Source: Eledone cirrhosa
Taxonomy: Eukaryota
Direction of reading: 5' to 3'
DNA: 64,000 nt
Assembly (NCBI GenBank): GCA_964016885.1
Contig: OZ024760.1
Location: 18,166,001-18,230,000, forward strand
Part shown: in pieces, positions 54,393 through 64,000 of the stretch
Layout of the letters: each line of letters opens with the position of its first letter
How positions within the stretch are numbered: position 1 is the stretch's first letter
Made by a program: the position numbers and the translations under genes
The notes under the pieces: model-generated
The model's database searches: none
What the model saw: only the letters and a program-made list of their open reading frames with translations
Told to the model about the DNA's origin: nothing

Positions 54393-55679
54393 ATATATAT
54401 ATATATATATACACCATAATGTCAGTGCATATACATACATGCATGTACACACATACAGTTCTACATGTAGGGACATACATACAATGGCATTCATGCATAC
54501 AGGTATATATATATATATACACATACATACACACACATATACATACATGCATGTGCTTAGAGATATATGTACATATAAACACCAACGTGTGTATATACAC
54601 ACACACATACATGTGTTTAAACATACATATATATATACAAACACTAACAGGTATGCACATACACACATACATATATGTGCTTAGACATATATGTATGCAC
54701 ACACACACACATACATATATGTGCTTAGACATATATGTATGCACACACACACACATACGTGTACTTAGAGGTGTATACACATCCACATACACATACATAC
54801 ATGTGCTTAGACATACATGTACACACACACACACACCTAAACACACACATACATGTCTTTAGACATGTACATACAAATACACACACATTGACAGACACAT
54901 TGACAGACATACACTGACACACACTCATATATATACACAGACATATACAGACACACAAACACACATATACACAGACACACACACAGACACATAGACATAC
55001 ACATGCAGAGACGCATACGCACACACATATAGACATATACACACACACACATACAGACACATACACACATACATACACAAACACACACACATATACAGAG
55101 ACATACACACACACGCTCACATACACAGACACACAAACATACATATACACAGACACATAGACATACATATGCAGAGACGCATACACGCACACATATAGAC
55201 ATATACACACACACATACAGACACATACACACATACATACACAAACACACACACACATATACAGAGACATACACACACACGCTCACATACACATACACAG
55301 ACACACACACATACACAGACACACACGCACACACTCACATACACAGACATACACACACCCAGACAGAATACCATTATCACCAGCTGGAACAAAGCTTTGC
55401 TAAAAATTCTTCCAATTGTCATCACCATCACCATCACCATTATAATTATCATTATCACCATCATCATCATTATCACCATTATCCCTATTATTACCATTAT
55501 TATTAGTAGTATTGTTGTTGTTGTTGTTGTTGTTGTTATCTCGGCTGGAGTCACCTAGGCAACAGAATGTCTAAAAGACTTCCAGAGCCAGAGAATCATT
55601 TATTTAGAGAAGCAACTTGAATGTTGTCCATATTTCTATTCCAAGACAATTTAATAGACGGAACAATGTTCCAAGAATA

Positions 55680-56620
55680 TGGTGCAGTGTGCAGTGTGTC
55701 AGGAATGGTAGATGGTGCACTGTGCAGTGTGTCAGGAATGGTAGATGGTGCAGCTAACTGTGCAGTGTGCAGTGTGTCAGGAATGGTAGATGGTGCAGCT
55801 AACTGTGCAGTGTGTCTGTCAGGAATGGTAGATGGTGCACTGTACAGTGTGTCAGGAATGGTAAACGGTGCACTGTGCAGTGTGTCAGGAATGGTAAATG
55901 GTGCAGTGTGTCTGTCAGGAATGGTAAATGGTGCACTGTGCAGTGTGTCAGGAATGGTAGATGGTGCAGTGTGTAGTGTGTCAGGAATGGTAAATGGTGC
56001 AGTGTGTAGTGTCAGGAATGGTAAATGGTGCAGTGTGTCTGTCAGGAATGGTAAATGGTGCACTGTGCAGTGTGTCAGGAATGGTAGATGGTGCAGCTAA
56101 CTGTGCAGTGTGCAGTGTGTCAGGAATGGTAAATGGTGCACTGTGTAGTGTGTCAGGAATGGTAAATGGTGCAGCTAACTGTGCAGTGTGTCTGGAATGG
56201 TAAATGGTGCAGTGTGTCTGTCAGGAATGGTAAATGGTGCACTGTGCAGTGTGTCAGGAATGGTAAATGGTGCAGTGTGTAGTGTGTCAGGAATGGTAAA
56301 TGGTGCAGTGTGTAGTGTGTCAGGAATGGTAAATGGTGCAGTGTGTCTGTCAGGAATGGTAAATGGTGCACTGTGCAGTGTGTCAGGAATGGTAAATGGT
56401 GCAGTGTGTAGTGTGTCAGGAATGGTAAATGGTGCAGTGTGTAGTGTGTCAGGAATGGTAAATGGTGCACTGTGTAGTGTGTCAGGAATGGTAAATGGTG
56501 CAGCTAACTGTGCAGTGTGTCAGGAATGGTAAATGGTGCAGTTTGTCTGTCAGGAATGGTAAATAGTGCACTGTACAGTGTGTCAGGAATGGTAAATGGT
56601 GCAGTGTGTCTGTCAGGAAT
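55680..56620. repeat. ~29-33-bp minisatellite
   Basis: tgtcaggaatggtaaatggtgca core. Confidence 0.93.
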
Positions 56621-56637
56621 ATTTCATCGTATTAAAA

Positions 56638-56682
<45 letters not shown>

Positions 56683-57169
56683 ATGTGTGGAGGCACGTGG
56701 CCTAGTGGTAGAGGTGTTGGACTTGTGATCATAATGTCGTAGGTTCAATTCCTGGGTTGTGTGTTGTGTTCTTGAGCAAAACACTTCATTTCACGTTGCT
56801 CCAGTATACTCAGCTGAAAATGAGAACCAGCAATAGCTGGAGGTTTAACCCTGCGATGGACTGGCCTCCTGTCCAAGAGGAATCTTCTACTTTCAGTCAC
56901 TTCACATGATAAAACCGGGTTAAGTACCGGCAAAATGAGCTTTCTGCCTTAACCCTTTACCATTTAAACCGGCCATATCCGGCCAGAATTCTCTCACCTC
57001 TTTCTGTTCAAACTGACCATAAATGGCTGCCCATATTGACATTAAGGTATTGTTCTCAAAATAAATAATATCAAAATCTTGTAGATTCAATATTATGTGA
57101 GATAATTATGCGAGATAAAGCCTTTACTTCAAAAATACAATAGTATATATAGAGTAATGGGAATGCTAA

Positions 57170-57465
57170 AGGGTTAGGGTTAGGGTTAGACTTTAACCCT
57201 GCAATTGACTGGTGTCTTGTCCAGGGTGAGTGTTGTACTCTCAGTTACTTCATGCCATGAAATCGGGTTAGGGTTAGGGTTAGACTTTAACCCTGCAATT
57301 GACTGGTGTCTTGTCCAGGGTGAGCCTTGTACTCTCAGTTACTTCATGCCATGAAATCGGGTTAGGGTTAGGGTTAGGGTTAGACTTTAACCCTGCAATT
57401 GACTGGTGTCTTGTCCAGGGTGAGTGTTGTACTCTCAGTTACTTCATGCCATGAAATCGGGTTAA
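57170..57465. repeat. ~96-bp triple repeat containing short (TTAGGG)n blocks
   Basis: gggttagggttagggttagac at about 57171, 57265 and 57359. Confidence 0.9.
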
Positions 57466-58258
57466 GCACCGGCCAAATGAACCTTCTACCTTAAAGCAGA
57501 CTTTAGACTTTTTAGATATATATGTGTTTATATACACGGAACCAGTTTTATGGTTGTTTCATTGGTTTAAACCGAATTTCTACATCAGAAGCAACTGAAC
57601 CGGATATTTGGGATAATAAAATATTTATGACAAGATATTTCAATATTGATTCACTATTTCAACTAGAAAATTATCTCCATTATTGCTGCTGCTGTTGTTG
57701 TTGTTGTTGTTGTGGTTGTTGTGGTTGTTGTTGTTGTTGTGGTTGTTGTTGATATTGATGTTGTTGTGGTTGTTGATGTGGTTGATGTTGTTGTGGTTGT
57801 TGTTGATATTGATATTGTTGTTGTTGTTGTTGTCTCAATGGATAGTACCAATAGAAAAACCTCTCAATCTCTTTCCATATACAACAGCAACAACAACAAC
57901 AACAGTAACAACAACAATAACGACAACAACAACAACAGTAACAACAACAGTAACAACAACAGTAACAACAACAACAACAACAGTAACAACAACAATAACG
58001 ACAACAACAACGGCAGTAACAACAACAATAACAACAATGGCCACAACAACAGCAACAACAACATTAATAACAACAACAACAGCAGCCACAACAACAAACA
58101 AAGGATATATAAGATATATAAAAATCAACGTCTAATTAATTCCCAATCAAATAGGTTTCCATAAGGAACAACGAAGGTTAATTAATTAGTGAGATAATTT
58201 GCTAGTGTAGGTTTAGAGAAGTCTTGCCAGATTTACACAGCTGCACTGACAACATATA

Positions 58259-58323
<65 letters not shown>

Positions 58324-58375
58324 GTATATATATATATATATATATGTATTTATATATGTATATATACTGTGTATG

Positions 58376-58418
<43 letters not shown>

Positions 58419-58442
58419 TTATATATGTATATATACTGTGTA

Positions 58443-58475
<33 letters not shown>

Positions 58476-58503
58476 GTATTTATATATGTATATATACTGT
58501 GTA

Positions 58504-58549
<46 letters not shown>

Positions 58550-59669
58550 TATACATACATATAAATATGTTCCTGCACATACACACTGTGCCACACACAC
58601 ACACACACACACTTATGCTATATATACATGCAAAAAACACAGTATACCCCCCCCCACATACACACATACACACTTATTCTATATATATACACACAAACAC
58701 AGTATATCTCCCACACACATATACTGTGCCACTTACACACACACACACACACTTAAGCTATATATACATGCACAAACACAATATGTCCTTCCCATCACAC
58801 ACTCATATGCTATATACATGCACAAACATAGTATATATACACACCATATACACAATATACAGTCACACACACACACACTATATACAACATATACACCATA
58901 AATGCAGTTTCTATATACAGAAATTAGAAGAAGAAAAATAATTGGCAAATGGTTTCAGAATTGTGTAATTCCAGAAACGAAGGAAATATTACAATGTAGA
59001 GTACTTAATTCTTAACATCCTGTACCACATGGGACTAGATGAATGTAATGTTCTTGAAAAGTACAGAACAGTATTATGGCTGCATCTAATACTATACATT
59101 TTTCTAATACTATAAATTTTTACAATAGTCTCTCCCCTAGTATCTAATCTAATTTACACTCGCAAATAAGAAGAACCAGTGCCACCCCTAGAAGCATTCG
59201 ATTTGGTGTACTTCATATTTGATTTGATTGCTGAATAGAATCAGGGGTTGCTGCTTCTCCTGAAGGTCAATAGTTTTCTTCTAACTCGAGCTGGAGCGCC
59301 TTTCCATTGTCAATTTGCATTGATCATCTACAAAGCCACATTGTTCTCAGAACCACGACACCAGTCTTACGATGTGTGTAGCTGGAACTACTGCCACCCA
59401 TTGATGTGGCAGAATTTTTTTTTTTTTTTTTTTTTTTTTAGATGGCCGTTGACTCTTATGAGTTCTTCCGCCCTTTGTCAGGTTCTGTTTTTTGTCCTGC
59501 AGGGTGTTCAAAATGACCCTCCTCACAAACTTGTTGGGGTTGCCGGTTTAGTCGCCAACGACCCGACTATGTGACAGGTTGTACTGGGTTACACACTACC
59601 TGACATAGTAAAAGTCTGCATCTGATACTGTAAATTTTTACAACAATCTCTCCACTAGTAAAGATACTA

Positions 59670-60092
59670 TGAATATAAGATGCCTGTGTGAGATGCACGA
59701 TGCTGCATGGTAGTGAGACATGGCCAGCAACTGCAGGGGATATGCGACGGCTGGAGAGAAATGAAGCAAGCATGCTCCGTTGGATATGCAATGTCAATGT
59801 GCGTGAACGACCAAGCATAGACGAGTTGAGAGAGAAACTGGGTATAAGAGGGATAAGTTGTGGTGTGCGGGAGAGAAGACTGCATTGGTATGGACATGTG
59901 ATGCACATAGAAGATGACCGCTGGGTAAAGAAGTGCCAAGAATTCCCAGTAGAAGGAAGATGCAGTAGAGGAAGATCACGAAAATCATGGGTGAAGGTGA
60001 TGAGAGCAAATCTCAGATCGCTGAAGCTCACGGAGGAGATGATGAGTGGAGAGATGCTGTGCAGGGAAAAGCGGATGTAAAATGATGATGAT
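59670..60092 (+). mobile_element. RTE-clade LINE 3' end
   Basis: MLHGSETW...MLRWICNV...RERRLHWYGHVM...GRSRKSW; tail GCAGGGAAAAGCGGATGTAAAATGATGATG. Confidence 0.88.
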
Positions 60093-60575
60093 TTGAATTC
60101 CCAAACCGCATGTAACCACATTAGCAAAACACTCCATAATACTATGACTGCATTACATTAAATATTAAAGTTTTTACTTCATTTACATTACTCTATATAT
60201 ACTATTGTATTTTCATGGTAAAGGCTTTACCTCACATAATTATCTCACATAACATTTACATTACTCTATATATACTATTGTATTTTCATGGTAAAGGCTT
60301 TACCTCACATAATATCTCACATAACATTCACATTACTCTATATATACTATTGTATTTTCACAGTAAAGGCTTTACCTCTCATAATTATCTCAAATAATAT
60401 CGAATCTATGAGATTTTAATGTTATTTATTTTGAGAACAATACCTTAACATCAGTATGAGTGGCTGGCTATGGTCAGTTTGAACAGAAAGAGGTGAGAGA
60501 ATTCTGGCTGGATATGGTCGGTTTAAATATTAAAGTTTTTACTATAATACTCTCTCTCCTATGTCTGTCTGTATG

Positions 60576-60618
<43 letters not shown>

Positions 60619-61009
60619 ATATACTCTCTCTCTCTCTATTTATCTTTCGATTTATCTATCTGTCTTTCCCATTCTCTCTGTGTGTTCCTCTCTTTCTTTC
60701 TTTCTATCCCCTCTCACTCTCCCTTTCTCTCTCTCATTCTTTGTCTGTTTGTCTGTCAATCTCTCACCCATCCAGCCCCACCCCCACTACTCCCCCTCAC
60801 CTCTCTAATAAAGAAACCCAATCTAAATCCATCCAGCCCTTATCTAGATCCAGTTTAATCCCTAGTATTTTTAAAGACCCTAATATAAACACCTAAATCT
60901 TCAAATTTTGTTTTCTCTATCAGATTCTTTTCATGATAGCTTTCCCATCTGCTAGAAATTGTATCCCTCAGAAAAATATCCAGTTTCTTTATCAAGGGAC
61001 TGAGGTGTA

Positions 61010-61337
61010 ATGTGTGTGTGGGTAGGGGTCTACTTGGTCCCTAAACTTGTTAGAAATAGCAGCAAAATTCCACATCATATAACACTGTCTTTCACAAATA
61101 GGAAGGACATATTGAATAATGTAGTTCTATATAGAGTGTCTGTGAAAGGATGGGATTGGATGGTCACACCTGGAATGTCTTTGATAATGCATACATATCT
61201 AGGGAATGTGGTGTATGTGTGTGTAGGTAGGGGGTCTACTTGGTCCCTAAACTTGTTAGAAATAGCAGCCAAATTCCACATCAGATAACACTGTCTTTCA
61301 CAAACAGGAAGGACATATTGAATAATGTAGTTCTATT
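61010..61337. repeat. ~206-bp tandem duplication
   Basis: ggggtctacttggtccctaaacttgttagaaatagcag occurs twice. Confidence 0.85.
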
Positions 61338-61792
61338 TACACTGTGTCTGAGAAAAAACAAAATAATGGATAGGATGGGATGGGATGGTCACTTCTGGAA
61401 TGTCTTTGGTAATGCATACATATCTAGTTATTTATCTCTGCTGACTGCTAAACAACTGAGTGGTAAGAGAATTGGATTAACAATTGTGAGGTTGTGAGTT
61501 CGATTCCCAGACTGGGTGATGTCCTTGAGCAAGACACTTTATTTCATGTTGCTCCTTCTACCTGGAGTTGTGACAGATAGATAGTATTAGCAATTGGAAA
61601 GACCAACGGAAACATTGTTTTCTCTTCTTAACATTGGCCTTGGTCACTCTGAAAAGGGTCAGCTGTGTGTTTTGTGTGTGTGTATTTGCTTGTGAATATG
61701 TATGTATGTATGGGTTTATATGTGTATGTGTGCAGGTGCATGTATTTGTACGTGGATATGTGTTTGTATGGATATGTATGTTTGCATGTTTA

Positions 61793-61829
<37 letters not shown>

Positions 61830-62064
61830 ATATATATATATATATATATAGACAGTCGCTCGACTTTCGTCAAATCGGACCGAGGAAACATGCACATATG
61901 TATGTATTTATATACAGTATATGTATATATATACAGTATATGTATGTATATATGTATGTGTACATGTATGTATATATGTATGTGTACATGTATGTATATA
62001 TGTATGTGTACATGTATGTATATATGTAAGTGTACATGTATGTATATATGTAAATGTATGAATG

Positions 62065-62119
<55 letters not shown>

Positions 62120-62288
62120 ATGTATGTAAAAAGTAAACAGAAATAACAACACAATCGGTACAGTATATGGAAGGGATATTTTAGGTTAATATATATATAT
62201 ATACACACATATATATACATACTGACGTACATATACACTGACATATATACATACGTACTTACATACATACATACATATGTACATACTG

Positions 62289-62399
<111 letters not shown>

Positions 62400-62664
62400 T
62401 ATATACATACTGTCATGTCATACATACGTATATATACATACAGACAAACATACATACACACTTATGTACATACATACACACACACATACACACATATACA
62501 TACACACACAGACACACACAGACACACACATACACACGTGTACAAAAGAAATAGTTTAGTAAGAAGAGTGAGAACGTACTTGACTGCACAGCTGGTGGAT
62601 AACGATAGATAGATAGATAGATAGGTAGAGAGAGAGTGTGATAGAGAGATAGATAGAGGTAAGT

Positions 62665-62696
<32 letters not shown>

Positions 62697-62826
62697 GTAA
62701 GTAGAGCGAGAGAGAGAGAGAGGGGTAAGTAGAGAGATAGAGGTAAGTAGAGAGAGATAAGTAGATATAGAGAGAGGTAAGTAAAGAGTGAGAGAGATAT
62801 AGAGTGCGCGAAAGTGAGAGAGAGAT

Positions 62827-62880
<54 letters not shown>

Positions 62881-63226
62881 GGGGTAACAAATAATAGTTA
62901 AATGCAGTCCACTTAGGTAATATATATATATAGATATATATATATAGAGAGAGAGGTAAATAGAGAGAGTGTGAGAGAGAGAGGAGAGAGGGGATAAGAC
63001 ACACACACATACCCATATATATATATGTGTGTGTGTGTGTATGTGTGCATGTATATATATAAATTTGTGTGTATGTATATACGTATATGTGTGTATATAT
63101 ATATATATATGTATATATATGTGTATATATATATATATGTATATATATATGTATATATATATATGTTAAATATATATATATATGTATATATATATGTACA
63201 TGTATATATATATGTATATATATATG

Positions 63227-63261
<35 letters not shown>

Positions 63262-63546
63262 GTATATATATGTATATATATATGTATATATATGTATATA
63301 TATATGTATATATGTATATATATATATGTATATATATGTATATGTATATATATGTATATATATATATGTATATGTACATGTATATATATATGTGTATATA
63401 TATGTACATGTATATATATGTATATATATGTACATGTATATATATATGTATATGTATATATATATATATGTATGTATATATATGTGTATATATATATATA
63501 TATGTGTGTGTACATGTATATATGTATATATATATGTATATATATA

Positions 63547-63586
<40 letters not shown>

Positions 63587-63625
63587 TGTATATATATATG
63601 TATATGTATATATGTATCCATATAC

Positions 63626-63730
<105 letters not shown>

Positions 63731-64000
63731 TAAAATATTGTACCTGTAGATACCTAAGGTGCTGTGTCTACTGTGTTAACCTTTATTCAGGGTCCTAGTT
63801 TCTCAGGTATTTAGGGAACCCTACTGGCAATTCCAGTATGTGACACCTCAATAAAAAAATGTTTAAGGATCTGTTTGGAGGTAGTGAGCAATAAAAAAAA
63901 TAGGGAGTGGTAGAAATTAGGGAGTTGTATAGAGTTAGGGAACAACTGAGAGATAGGGAGCAGTAGGAATTAGGGAACTCTAGAAAATTAGGGAGCTGTA

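Noticed and set aside
59200-59600. Unique, higher-complexity segment with a 108-aa ORF
   Set aside because: I could not recognise a domain or exon structure; probably a decayed TE. BLASTX would decide.

Overview
AT-rich, microsatellite-saturated eukaryotic DNA. The SINE/LINE/MITE content and (TA)n, (CA)n, (ATC)n load look like a coleoid cephalopod (octopus-like) genome; this is an inference. One protein-coding gene is well supported: a 7-coding-exon alpha-arrestin (arrestin-domain-containing protein) on the minus strand, 17700->9094, with exon 5 cut by a 200-N gap. The rest is repeats: tRNA-derived SINEs, RTE/CR1/Tx1/Vingi-like LINE fragments, hAT/piggyBac/Tc1-like MITEs and about 20 minisatellites, several amplified from pieces of those elements. 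There is also a mutated U6 snRNA copy. Nearly all listed ORFs are repeat artefacts. The most interesting signal is non-coding: type-I hammerhead ribozyme (HHR) motifs of Penelope-like/retrozyme style from several unrelated families, at about 10.8k, 12.7k, 21.7-21.9k, 41.5k, 45.4k, 49.7k and 54.3k. Three are preceded by an antisense arm, two as fold-backs placing a ribozyme on each strand. The 49.6-49.8 kb one is fused downstream of a U6 snRNA 5' head and sits back-to-back with the U6 copy. All folds were read by eye, not computed.
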